A DNA stretch of 64,000 bases from Glaucostegus cemiculus (lineage: Eukaryota). The stretch covers positions 2,790,001 to 2,854,000 of the forward strand of contig CDPCPM010000311.1 of NCBI GenBank assembly GCA_976551045.1. The letters run 5' to 3'. The notes under the pieces were generated by a model, which was not told the origin of the DNA, did no database searches, and worked only from the letters and a program-made list of their open reading frames with translations. A program made the position numbers and the translations under genes. Below, piece by piece: positions 23,041-34,928 of this stretch. The stretch's first letter is position 1. The number at the start of each line of letters is the position of its first letter.

Positions 23041-23385
23041 GCTGTTGCTCTAATGAGGAGGCGCGGTACCTGGGAGAGGCTGCGCGTCCCCGAGGCTGGC
23101 GGGTGCGCGCTCGGAGATCCCAGGCAAAAATCTGTCAGCTCAAGCACGGGCGTGTGTCCATCTGCAAACTCCCCAAAAACAGCTGTGGAAAATGCACGTT
23201 GGAACCCAGACGAGCCCTGCGAGAAGCGAGCCCACACTCGGCAACCGACAGCCCCTGGAAGCGTCCGCCGACCTCTCGCCACTTTTACCCAGAAACGTGT
23301 AAATTACGGGGCCAAATTCCGACGGCGTTCGGGCGTGTTCAGACTTCCGAGGCAGCTGCAGAATATCAATCCCATCACATAAAAG
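23041..23385 (+). other. Candidate ISLR2 5'UTR exon
   Basis: Long pyrimidine tract + ag ending at 23040; donor AAG|gtaaga at 23385/23386. Confidence 0.45.
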
Positions 23386-25236
23386 GTAAGATACAATTGG
23401 AATTAATTCTCGTTTAAATCATGAACCCGCCTTGAGTACGAGCAACTAAAATATCACCAACTAAAATATAGTTCACAAGAGTTAACAAAACACAAGCCCT
23501 TATTAATGTAAATAGAAAGAAGGGGAGAAGTCAGTCCGACATCAATTTTGCAATTTCGAATACCATTGCGTTTACTACAGCTTTGAGCAATTGGCCATTT
23601 CTCCCACGGAGATGCAGAGATCTGAAATGCATATAACCCATCTATAAGCGATGCTTTAATTAATATTTCATGCCATAAATAATCCACACCTCTAACACAA
23701 AATATCAACGAAATCTCTTGATTGTGGAAGGAAGCTGGTTTGATGCCGGCTCCTGATGAATAGGAAATGTATCATGAATCCTCAGAATTAGGATGGTAAA
23801 TCTTCAAGATTTCCAGAATTAGATGCTGAACGTTATTTCGATTACAATTATCTGGCAGGGCACAGAGGCCGTTTCGTTTTGGGAAAGGCGCGCGGTGTAA
23901 TTTGACACTTCGCCAGGGTCTCTCTGATAACCCCCCATCCGTGTCCAACACCAAAGGCTAAATTGTTTGAAATCATATTCTGTTTTTTTTTGTAAAATGC
24001 AATCTTGAAATTCAGAATTCCTTGGTCGAAAACGCGTGCACCCTGACTCTGCGCTAATTAGAAAATAGTTCCAAACATGAAAACTGTTGCAGAGACGAAT
24101 TTTACATTAGCAGTGTTGGCTATAACTAATTAATAATCTTGATTATTATCACCATCACCGAACTTCCGACCTGCCACGAATTTTCCACAAATTTCCCGAT
24201 TTGGGGAGGTGAATGTACGAATTATGTCATTCTTGGGACCTTATTGCATGCTAATTCTGAGGACTGAAAAATCTAAATTCAAACCTCACATTAGAATGGA
24301 TGCGTTAATGGATTGGGCTTGCTTTAATGAAGTCTGTATCAGTCTGGTTTTTTGCTTAATTCAGGCTGTAGCGAATGAATCACGTTCACAGAGGGTNNNN
24401 NNNNNNNNNNNNNNNNNNNNNNNNNNNNNNNNNNNNNNNNNNNNNNNNNNNNNNNNNNNNNNNNNNNNNNNNNNNNNNNNNNNNNNNNNNNNNNNNNNNN
24501 NNNNNNNNNNNNNNNNNNNNNNNNNNNNNNNNNNGGACACAGCGTCGCGTGTGCTTTAATTAGTTGTACATCACATATTGTCGCCGGGCTGATGCGATGC
24601 TTCCCGGGAACCGGCTCCTCTTGGCTCCAGTCCCTTGGAGGGACACGGGACAGTCTCCTTCCCAAAACAAAACACAGGCTGAAGGAAGCGTCGCAATTAA
24701 ATGTTGATGGAGTGAAACGAGGAGACTGTTTTCCACGGGCAGAGGGCCGGCCACGGATTTGAGGTCACCCGTTTGTCGACGGTGGGGTGGGGGGTGAAAT
24801 GGGGGGAATATTTGTTTGACAGAGCGAGTTGTAACGCGTTAGAGAGGGCGGTTGTGGGATGGGGCTGGGGGGGTGGGTGTCATTAAAGTAGCAATCTGTG
24901 AGTGGGAGGGTAATCGGAGGGCACGCCCCAGATGGACCGAATGACCGTCAGTAACAGGGTAAGCAGATACTCACCAGGGCGGTCAGCGCCTATGGAGGGA
25001 GGGAGAGAGAGAGCGGGGGGGGGCAGAGTTAATATTCAGCCCAGTGACCTTTGCTTGTGAAACCTCTGCTTCTCTCCCCACAGCCGCTGCCCGACCTGAT
25101 GAGTATTTCCAGCATTACCTGCTTGTGTTTCAGAAGTCCAGTCCCCAGTGTTTCGGGATTGGTGACGGGGGACGAGCTATGCATTAAACAACCGGGTGTC
25201 TGTGTGTGTGTGTTTTTTTTTCCAGGGAGGGGGACG

Positions 25237-27219
25237 ATGGCAGATAAGTTGGTGTTGCTGGGCACCTGGTGCCTGGCTAGTCTGTGGAGCGGCAGCCACT
25301 CCTGTCCGGAGCTCTGCGTTTGCCAGGACAAGTACTCCCACCAGTTCGCCGACTGCGCCTACAAGAACTTCGCCTCGGTTCCCGACGGCTTACCCCACAA
25401 CGTGACCACCCTCAGCCTCTCGGCGAACAAGATCAAGTCGCTGCTCCGGAGTTCCTTCGTCCGGGTGCCCCAGGTCACGTCCCTGTGGCTGGCTCACAAT
25501 GAGATCTCCACCATCGAGGAGGGGACCTTGGCGCCGCTGGCCCAGCTGAAGAACTTGGACATCAGCCACAACCAGATCGCGCGTTTCCCCTGGCAGGACC
25601 TGTACAACCTCACCGCCCTACAGCTACTGAAGATGAACAATAACCTCCTGACCGGGCTGCCCGGTGACGCCTTCTCCACCCTGGTGGATCTGCGCTCCCT
25701 CCGCATCAACAGCAACCGCTTCCGCACCTTCGCGGAGGGCACCTTCGACTCGCTGACCTCCCTGTCCCATCTCCAGATCTACAGCAACCCCTTCCAATGT
25801 ACCTGTCAGCTGGAGTGGCTGAAGGATTGGATCCACCGGGCGCTCATCTCCATCCCAGAGAAGCAAGATATCCAGTGCTCGGAGCCCCCCGAGCTGCGAG
25901 GGACGGCAGTGGTGGACCTTCCCCCGCTGCATTGCGTGGCCCCCTTGGTCTACCTGAGCTACCAAGGCAGCAAGGACAAGGCGGGCTTCTTCGAAGGCCA
26001 GACGCTCAGCGTGCACTGCAACTCCACGGGCAACCCGCTCCCCCAGCTCAGCTGGAAGGTGCAGACGGCCAGCAGGGAGATCGAGCTGAACGAAGCGAAG
26101 GTGGGCGAGGAGGGGAGGGAGCTGGCGACCGGCAAGGAGGACCAGGAGCGGCTGGTGGTCCTCAAGAACGGGACCCTGGTCATTCCCCGCCTCACCAAGT
26201 ACGAAGAAGGGGTGTACACCTGCCTGGCCACCAACATCATGGGCAGCAACGAGTCCTCGCTGCAAGTGGTGCTCAGTCCCACTTCAAAGCGCGACCCCGT
26301 CTACACCAAGGAACCCGCGTTGAGCCCCGGCTCTACTCTGAAGCCAGGTGTCAATGACCACGGCACCGGTTTGCCCGAACTGCGAGGCGGGGTCCGGAGC
26401 CCGGAGCCGACCGTGGGCGGCATTCCGAGCCGGAGACCCGTCCCAGGCGCTCCCGACGCCCAGAGTTGTATCAGGAGGGAGGGAAGTCGTTACATCTCCA
26501 ACCACGCCTTCAACCAGAGCTCGGAGATGAAGCGGCACACCTTCGACTTCGGAGTAATCGCCCTGGAAGTGAGCGAGAGCGATGCCAGGGTACAGCTCAC
26601 CCCCTTCCCGAGCTCGCCGAGGGCCAAGAGCCCCCAGATGCTGTACCTGTGCAGCGGGCAAGGAGTGGACGGTGCCTCGGTGGTGCAGTGGTCCATGATC
26701 GAGAGCGGGGTCAACTCCTACCGCTTCCAGAACCTGAGGCCGGGTTCCAACTACACCCTCTGCTTCACCTACACGGGCCAGGACTGCCAGGTACAGGTGG
26801 TCTTCACCACCAGGAGGAAGATCCCATCCCTCTTGATCATGGTCGTGGTCAGTTGCTTCCTCTTGGGCTTGGCTACCGTCCCCTTGTTGGGGGCTACCTG
26901 TTGCCACCTGATGTACAAGTACCAGGGCAAGACCTACAAGCTGATCATGAAGACCCAGGCGCCGGGGAAGTTGGAGAAGGAAGCGGCCAGCCCGTTCGAA
27001 GCCGCCGCCTCCTCCCTGCACGGCTCGGCTCAGGTCTACGAGCCCAGCGAGGCGGGTGGGGCGAGTCTGGAAGCCGAGGGCATCCCCGAGTCTCACGTCA
27101 AGGCCAGCCAGGAGGAGTACGAGATCTGCTCGGAGTACAGCGACCGTCTGCCGCTCGGGGCCGAGGCTGTGAACATCAACCAGGAGATTAACGGCAACTA
27201 CAGGCGGCCCGTGCGCTGA
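25237..27219 (+). CDS. ISLR2: Immunoglobulin superfamily containing leucine-rich repeat protein 2 (Linx), 660 aa, single coding exon
   Basis: Acceptor tttttttttccag at 25225, then ATG in Kozak context (acgATGg). Signal peptide, LRRNT (CPELCVCQDKYSHQFADCAYK), LRRs, LRRCT (NPFQCTCQL), Ig domain (EGVYTCLATN), FN3-like region and TM (SLLIMVVVSCFLLGLATVPLLGA). C-terminus SEYSDRLPLGAEAVNINQEINGNY matches recalled ISLR2, not the GPI-anchored ISLR. Confidence 0.96.
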   Translation: MADKLVLLGTWCLASLWSGSHSCPELCVCQDKYSHQFADCAYKNFASVPDGLPHNVTTLSLSANKIKSLLRSSFVRVPQVTSLWLAHNEISTIEEGTLAPLAQLKNLDISHNQIARFPWQDLYNLTALQLLKMNNNLLTGLPGDAFSTLVDLRSLRINSNRFRTFAEGTFDSLTSLSHLQIYSNPFQCTCQLEWLKDWIHRALISIPEKQDIQCSEPPELRGTAVVDLPPLHCVAPLVYLSYQGSKDKAGFFEGQTLSVHCNSTGNPLPQLSWKVQTASREIELNEAKVGEEGRELATGKEDQERLVVLKNGTLVIPRLTKYEEGVYTCLATNIMGSNESSLQVVLSPTSKRDPVYTKEPALSPGSTLKPGVNDHGTGLPELRGGVRSPEPTVGGIPSRRPVPGAPDAQSCIRREGSRYISNHAFNQSSEMKRHTFDFGVIALEVSESDARVQLTPFPSSPRAKSPQMLYLCSGQGVDGASVVQWSMIESGVNSYRFQNLRPGSNYTLCFTYTGQDCQVQVVFTTRRKIPSLLIMVVVSCFLLGLATVPLLGATCCHLMYKYQGKTYKLIMKTQAPGKLEKEAASPFEAAASSLHGSAQVYEPSEAGGASLEAEGIPESHVKASQEEYEICSEYSDRLPLGAEAVNINQEINGNYRRPVR

Positions 27220-27854
27220 ACCCCCGGGGCAGAGGAACACGCCCCCAGTCTGACAACTCAACCCGAAATAAAAGTGAACCAATTCCCCGCTTCCCCCCCC
27301 CACCCCCACCCAAAATAAACCTCTGGACCTCCGCACGGTCGAATGGCCGTGGGTCTTGTTCGTAGTATCAAAGTCTTACCGTTGAATGAACAAACACAAC
27401 ATAGTTTGGGAACTGGGAGCAGTTGGCACGAATTCCCGATTCTCGGATCCGGGGTGGGCTGCCGAGGCGGAGAACGCGTGCGATCGGCTTTCGTGAACAG
27501 TCTTTGTCAGAAAAAATGTGGTGCTTGGTCTACACTCCATTGTCAGCCCTTGTAGAGTTCAGTGGGCAGCATGTCTTCACTGCGACCCCCCCACCCCCTC
27601 CTCCCCATCTCCCTCCCCCGTTGATGTAGTGAAGCTGGTGTGTGTATCTCTCGTGTTTACCAGTGCAGTGTCGTTCCACTACACCCTCTACTGCAGCTAC
27701 CCCACCCCACTGCCAACAGCCCACTGTGTTGTATTGGGAGATTAGTCTGTCTATATGGAAGTAGTGTCTGGCGTGTATACGGAGTGCATTCATGGGACAG
27801 ACCCCTGTACGGGGTGTAGTCTTCGCCGCAGCGGTCGGGGTGTGGGTCTCTGGT

Positions 27855-28012
27855 GCGTGTGTGTATGTCTGTTTGTGTGTGTGTATGTGAGCTTGTGTGT
27901 ATATATGTGTTTGTATGTTTGTATGTGTGAGTTTCTGTGTATGTGAGATTGTGTGTATGCATATGTGTGTGTGTGAGTTTGTGTGTATATATGCCTGTAT
28001 GTATGTGTCTGT
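27855..28012. repeat. Imperfect (TG/TA)n microsatellite running into an assembly gap
   Basis: Directly visible. Confidence 0.9.
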
Positions 28013-28305
28013 NNNNNNNNNNNNNNNNNNNNNNNNNNNNNNNNNNNNNNNNNNNNNNNNNNNNNNNNNNNNNNNNNNNNNNNNNNNNNNNNNNNNNNNN
28101 NNNNNNNNNNNNNNNNNNNNNNNNNNNNNNNNNNNNNNNNNNNNNNNNNNNNNNNNNNNNNNNNNNNNNNNNNNNNNNNNNNNNNNNNNNNNNNNNNNNN
28201 NNNNNNNNNNNNNNNNNNNNNNNNNNNNNNNNNNNNNNNNNNNNNNNNNNNNNNNNCTCCTCCCTGCCTTTACTCGACCCTTTGATATTCTTGATCTCTG
28301 TATTC

Positions 28306-28316
28306 AATAAATTAAA
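28306..28316 (+). terminator. Candidate distal ISLR2 poly(A) signal (AATAAA overlapping ATTAAA); proximal candidates at 27267 and 27314
   Basis: tctctgtattcAATAAATTAAAag downstream of the CDS. Confidence 0.5.
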
Positions 28317-30684
28317 AGTAAAACATTAGCAAAAGTTTACTTGGAACTAGTTGGAAATCTTCCTTGACAGAATGATACCGAGTTTGTTCCCGAGTCTGAG
28401 CCTTAATGGGAGTAATACACGGAAGGTTCAAGTCTTTCAGTTTACGCCTCTGTCCTCTGTCCTGCCTGGCTGGTCCTTTCGAACGGACCCCGATCTCTCC
28501 GGGGGTTCGGCTCCCGCTCTCCCCAACTCGGACCTTAACTCCATCCCAGCCCTTCGTCCCGCAGCTGCCGTGGAACTGGACGCTCCTCTTCCAGAAGACT
28601 GTGGTACTCCGTGTAACGATCACTTTGTGGTGCAGGGGGGCTCGGAGTCATAGCAGGGAAGCGGCCATTCGGCCCGGCTGGTCTACGCCAACCGAGATCC
28701 CCATCTCAGCCAGTCCCATGTGGCCCATATCCCTCCAAACCTTTCCCGTCCATGTACCTGTCCGAGTGTAAATGTTGTTACTGTACCTGCCTTACCCACT
28801 TCCTCTGGCAGCTCCGTCCACACCGAGTCACTGTCAACCATAATTTAAATTTCTACCGGTGGGGACACAGCTGATTTAACTGTCACTCTTGATAGTTTGG
28901 CAGGGAAGTTTACAGATTAAGTCCCACCCAAATTAACAAACAAAAAGAATATAAAATCACCGTGCTTTCAGAATGTCTTTCATCAGTTAGTGCAAGGCAA
29001 AGGCAGATTTGATGAATCAGCATTTTATTGGACTCGATCCGCTTGTGAAGCAACACATCGCCCCAGTGAAGGAACCAGGACATCTCTGGTCCAGTATGCG
29101 CTGGTGACCGCAGTGCGCTGCAGATTGAAGCAGGAGCGTCGGCCGGCACATCACACGGACCGCCCTCATGCACCATAGTTTCTGATGTCCTCGTTGAGGA
29201 GAGTTAGGTCTGTGCTCAGGGGCGGCGGCCGGGCGGCACCCGCACCCCACGGCACTGGGCTTTGTGCGGTTACCCCTCACGCCAGGCTTGGACCGGGCCC
29301 ATACTGACTGCAGCTTGCCATGAAACACAGGTTAGATATAGCCCCAGAGAAAGAAAGGCAGAAACATTCAGCCCGCGGGCAGAATCTGGGTTTAGTGGAG
29401 AGTTGCTGCATAGAAACAGACCATGAAATACACATTTACATTATTTCCCCCCGACATTCCCATCAACTCCCCCCCAGATACTATCCCTCACCCACACACT
29501 GGCAGCTAATTAACCTAGTGACCCGCTCAGCTTTTGGGATGTGGCAGGAAATCAGAGCACCCGGGGGTAACACATGGTGGCACAGGGAGAACGTGCGGAC
29601 TCCACGCGGATAGCACCAGAGGGCAGGATCCAAGCTGGGTCACTGGAGCCGAGAGGCAGCCTTCCTATTAAAAGGCACCGCTGTGGGCCATACCCCCCAC
29701 AGCACAGGGCGAACTGCTGACATTAAGAATTTTATTAAGGAATCATAGAACAGTATGGCACAGTACAGGGCCTTTGGCAAATTGTTTTCAAATTAAGTTT
29801 ATAATTTGTTCATGCTGATAAAGTTCAAGGGAAGACAGCAGAGGAAGGCTTTTCACCATGAAAGTGGAATGTGCTGTCTGGGATGGTGGTGGAGGCAGGT
29901 ACATTGGTCAGATTCAAGAAATTGTTAGATAAGCATATGGAGGAATTTAAAATAGAGGGTTAGATAGTCTTAGGTGAGGTTTAAAGGTTGGCACTACATA
30001 GTGGGCTGACAGGGCTTATGATGCTCAACTGTTCTATAATTCTATAAGCAGCCTGTTCACTCTCAGCTAATAGTTAAACCACAGGGATACAGAATACAAA
30101 CCCTTTCCCAAGCCAGTGGTCTTGAACTCCAGTCCCCAGAATAAAAATGGACCCCCCTCCCAGCCACTTCACACAGTACTAGTCTCTCCCCATTCAATAA
30201 TCAACATCTTTGTACAATGGTATGCCACTAAATCCTAAATCACCACTGTATTGTAACTGCACATGGTGTAGTTACAAGACAGGACCATATAGAGCAAGGT
30301 TCCACTCCACTTACCCTGCACAGACAGCCTGCCCATTGACAGTACATTAAAGGTTTTCACTGAACATCTTTGGAAGTTCTCCACCCCAGTGTGATGAATG
30401 TTGCCTTAAGTCAGAGGGTTGGTAATGACAAGGACTGCATGCCATTTCCATATAAATGGGATTGAAAAATTCTCTGCAAAGATTTTAAATGCAGCAGGTC
30501 AGATCAATCAAAATTATATTATTCAGAAAGGCTGGTCAAGCTTTGCTCATGAGACTGGCTTTGAGGGGCTGGGGAAGGGAGGGGGGAAGCTGCTTCTATC
30601 TGCCACCATCTCACACTGGGTATGGCAGCAACTTGTGCAAGACCTGAAACCGCTCAAAAGAGATACTTTGAAAACCCAGCTCAG

Positions 30685-30815
30685 GTCAGTCGGCTCTGAT
30701 CCTGGCCTGCACTGCACACAGTCAGACTGTCAGTCGGCACCGATCCTGGCCTGCACAGTCAGACTGTCAGTCGGCACTGATCCTGGCCTCTGCACACAGT
30801 CAGACTGGGCACAGA
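30685..30815. repeat. Short tandem repeat, about 3 copies of cagtcggcactgatcctggcctgcacagtcagactgt
   Basis: Directly visible. Confidence 0.8.
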
Positions 30816-31859
30816 CTGATCCCATTCAAACACCCACCTCACAGCCTGGGGGGGCGGAAGTTACAAGTAACTTTCAAGCTTTTCAGTCCTACTTCAGGAT
30901 TTAGACCAGCAACGTCAACAGTTCATTTCCTCCTCCCACAGAAGCTGTTCAACCCCCCCCCAAAACCACAGACACTGCTCGACCCGCTGAGTTCCTCCAG
31001 TGTGTTGTTTGTTGCTCTGGATTCCAGCATCTGCAGCCTCTTGTTCGAAAGTTGGAGACACAAGAACTGGCCGCTATTGCATCGGCCATGAATGGGGAGC
31101 TGCTGTGTATATTGAAGGAAACAACTATGATCTAAACAGTATTAGTAATGTAACACCTCCAAATGTGACAGAGCAAGAAATGTGGGATTACATCTCAAAC
31201 TTGGTTAGTGATACTAACCTCAACTGCCTGTGTCATTCCAAGCACAGACCAGTAATAATCTAAAGTCACCCTGTGGTTTGCTTCCTAATTTTCAAACCCC
31301 TTGTGGTTTGGCCTTCAATTGTGGCTGGTACTCCATCTCCCCTCTCCTTCAAGAGCTTGTCAGACACCTGGTTGGCCATCTCATGGGCTCCCTCATTTAA
31401 GCTGCACAATGGGTTGCTTCACTCATTTGGGATGTCACAAACAAGTATGTACTGGAATCTGGAGCAATAGATAACCTGCTGGAGGAACTCCGTGGGTCAG
31501 GGAGCAGCCTACAGATGCTGCTTGACCTGCTGACTTGTGAACTGCTACTATTTCCCACCTTGTCACTTACCTACCACTTCTTCAAAAACACCAGCATTAA
31601 AAGTAGAGAAGTGACCAGGTACCAGGAAAAGTGCCAGAATCCTCAAACAGAGGAAAAGCTCGTACAGTGCATTGTGACTATAGTGATTTAATTTGATATG
31701 CAAGAATAAAGCAGCAATGCATTGATAGTGAAACCTCATCTCTCACATTGGGGCTGCAACTGTTAGAGAGAGGAATTTTAAATCCAGCTCAGAGTCAATG
31801 CTGGCACAAGCATCTCAGTTTTGCTCAAAATAGTAGAGGAAATAAAAATAGAACTGGTA

Positions 31860-32312
31860 CCCTTCCCCTCCCATCCCTTTCCCCTCTCCTCCTGATCCAC
31901 CTTGTTCCCATCACCCTCCTTCCCCTCCCCCATCATCCACCAATCACACACACTCTGCCCACCAGTTCCCCTCCCCACCTCCCTCCCTTTATTCCATGCT
32001 CCACCTTCCTCTCCTATCAGATTCCTGTCACTTCCACCTATCACCTCCCAGCTGCTGACATCATTCCCACCCCATCCATCAGCCCTCCTCATGGATCCAC
32101 CTGCTAAACTCCTGCTCCACCCCTTCCCTCCACTTTTTCTTCTCTCAAAGCAAAATATACTGGCTCTCTCCTCTCCATCTTTCAGTGCAAATGAAGACTC
32201 GACCCAAAATACCAACTGTCCACTTCCCTTCATGGATGCTGCCCGACCCAGAGTTCCTCCAGCATCTTGTGTGCTGCTTGAGCTTCCAGCATCTGCAGCT
32301 TCCTTGCGTCTC
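31860..32312 (+). mobile_element. PLE terminal-repeat fragment
   Basis: C-rich tract, then tttcagtgcaaatgaagactcgacccaaaa..gatgctgcccgaccc.gagttcctccagcatc; homologous to 62030-62420 and 63258-63650. Confidence 0.7.
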
Positions 32313-32632
32313 CAAAGACAGTGATGGGTACAGAGTTAACAGCTCGAGACATTAACCTCAGACAACAGTGTCAGGGCTGCATAGAAACAGGGGTGTAGAA
32401 GCAGCAGAGGAGTTGTCCCATTTGTACAGGATCTAACTGGTTCATTTGCTAAACTCTAAACACTTCCCAAAACTCCAAATTCAAGCACCAACCCCTACAG
32501 TATCTTCATATCAACCAGAGCTATCATTAACCATTGCACAAGCACTGTTTGGAACTGAAAAGTCCAGTCAACCTGATCCCCTTTTCTCATCTGCAGTTTC
32601 TTAATTTAGCCCATTGCCTCACAGAACTCTAG

Positions 32633-33290
32633 TTAGAACAGAACACCTACCGCACAATTCAGGCCCTTCAGCCCACAAAGCTGTGCCAAACATGTCCCTA
32701 CACTAGAAACTACTAGGCTTACCCATAGCCCTCTTATCTTATTTTGCTCCATGTACCTATCCAACAGTCTCTTGAAAGACCCTATCGTATCTGCCTCCAC
32801 AACCCTTTCTGGCAGCCCATTCCACATACTAACCACCGAGTAAAAAAAACTTACCCGACCTCCTCTATATCTACACCCCAGCACCTTAAACCTACGTCCT
32901 CTTGTGGCCACCATTTTAGCCCTGGGGAAAAGCCTCTATCTACCCTATCAATACCTCTCATCTTATATACTTCTATCAGGTCCCCCCTCATCCTCCTCCT
33001 CTCCAGGGAGAAAAGGCCAAGTTTCTGCAACCTGGTCTCGTAAGGCATTCTCTGCATTCCAGGCAGCATCCTCGTAAACCTCCTCTGCACCCTCTCTAAG
33101 GTCTCCACATCCTTCCTGTAGTGAGGTGACCAGAACTGAGCACAGTGCTCCCAGTGGGGCCTGACCTGTACAACTGAAGCAATACCTCTCTGCTCCTAAA
33201 TTCAATCCCACGACTGATGAAGGACAATACACCATATGCCTTCTTAACCAGAGTCAACCTGCACAGCTGCCTTGTGTCCTATGGACTCAG
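32633..33290 (-). mobile_element. CR1/HER1-like LINE 3' fragment
   Basis: Encodes TLERVQRRFTRMLPG..RRRMRGDLIEVYK and ATRGRRFKVLG; CR1 tail. Confidence 0.88.
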
Positions 33291-34928
33291 ATGCTCACTT
33301 TCACCACTCAGAATCAATTCCCATTTACCAGAAAACTGAAAAACATTTGCACATCTGACTGAAGGGAGGCTTTAAAATTCACCTGGACATCAGATATATA
33401 AAAAAACTTGCAGCTTTGTACTCTGCCTGTTCTTACAAGTGTTCACACACCTGCAGAGCTCCATGTTGTATCATTATCCAATAGCCACAAGTATTACAGT
33501 ATACAGTGGTACAGTATACAGTTCTTAGCTAGGCATTACAATCAAATCTATGGTTTTCCACAACTTCAGATTATGTTGATTGGAGTTCTTTATTGTCAAA
33601 AGTTTTGTAGTCTTAAATATAATCAACCTAAGAGTCAAAAACCCCTTTGAATGCACTGAATGTGTGCACTAACACATGGTATTTAGCTCGTTTCTGAAGT
33701 ACAATTCCAAATGAATTCAATGGAACTGAATTAGAGGAAAGATCAATGCTCACACTTCCCATTGCCTATTTAGCACCTATGAGAGAACAAATCTCCATCC
33801 CAGGAAGCAATCCTGTCAGTGGGATTTTAAGCAGCATCAGGCATCAGAACTTAAATCTCAGCTGCAGATGAGACCGTACCAAGTGCAATGTTTAAACCCT
33901 CTGGAATTCCTTCAAAATCAAACTGCAGTCCCAGCAAGGGAGATTTAGCTGGGATTGTTCACACCTTTACATAGGTGACAGGTTCTGGTGCCTGCTGTAC
34001 AGTAGGAAGCATTTAGAAATACAATCAAACTCCTAGCAAGATAGGACACCAGTGACATTTCCAAAGTTAAAAAACTCCTGAGACATGACATTCTTGGGAC
34101 AGTCTGTGAGTACATCAGTTCCAAATGGTCAGAACAAAAAAGGTGTGTGAAGACTTTGGTCATGATTTTACTGGTCCAAAGTTGTGTAGATCAAATTTAT
34201 TTTAAACATTAAGACAGTGAGAAATTGGCACTGATTTTTCCATCATTTGGTACTTTAAAAAGACTTCAAATTTGTACATTATCAGATTCAAAAATAAAAT
34301 GTAGCTTTATATTTTAAAATAACTATACCCATCTATTATAGTTAACATTGGGACAATTTGATACACCTTATTGGTTGCAGTTATCTAAGCATTGTAAACA
34401 AACTGGTCCACTTTACTATTTCATGAAATCCAACAGCTCGAAAGAAAATAATTGCAAATGCCAGAAATTTAAAATAAAGACAGGAAACTACAGAAATATT
34501 CTGGTCAGCCACATCTGTGGAGGAGGAACAGTTACCATTTCTTAACCTGGATGTTGCCTGACCTGCTGAGTATTTCTGCCATTCAGTTTTTATTTTAAGC
34601 TAGAAAGGCATATTGTAGACATGTAACCACTAACAAATTACCCCTAATGTTGACCTCAGTCAGTTCATGAAAACACTGTTCCTCACAATACTGAAGATGG
34701 CAGACTTGAGAGTTCAGAAAATTAGCTCACTGAGCTACCTAGTGGCCAGTCTCTGCAATTACACCAACCATTGACAGGGACATAGGACCAGAAGTTGCAA
34801 CAGGGAATAGTGTGTCTAAAGACAAGGTGTTTGCAACCTACACAAGATTTTTTTGGAAAACTGTTGATTTAAAACCAACTTGCTGGTCTAGATTAATTTG
34901 CATCAAGGTAACAGATTCTCACAGGGTC

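Larger units (their letters stand above)
20200..27500. promoter_or_regulatory. CpG-rich domain covering the putative ISLR2 promoter, 5'UTR exons and CDS
   Basis: CpG density is visibly high at 20250-20420, 21160-21460, 21850-22250, 23040-23350 and 24540-27500, unlike the CpG-depleted STRA6 introns. Confidence 0.6.

Noticed and set aside
22181-23417. 285-404 aa His/Ser/Pro/Leu/Thr-rich ORFs
   Set aside because: Produced by a stop-free low-complexity repeat that is open in all three frames.
24209-24665. ORFs spanning N runs (also 27657-28329)
   Set aside because: Artefacts of translating through assembly gaps.
25051-25236. 62-aa N-terminal extension of the 722-aa ISLR2 ORF
   Set aside because: It begins at a non-ATG codon and crosses a PLE remnant, a (TG)n run and a splice acceptor at 25225. 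The signal peptide starts at ATG 25237.
26284-27336. 350-aa antisense ORF (also 25624-26265 and 26466-27191) overlapping ISLR2
   Set aside because: Shadow ORFs expected from high GC3 codon usage; no domain signature.
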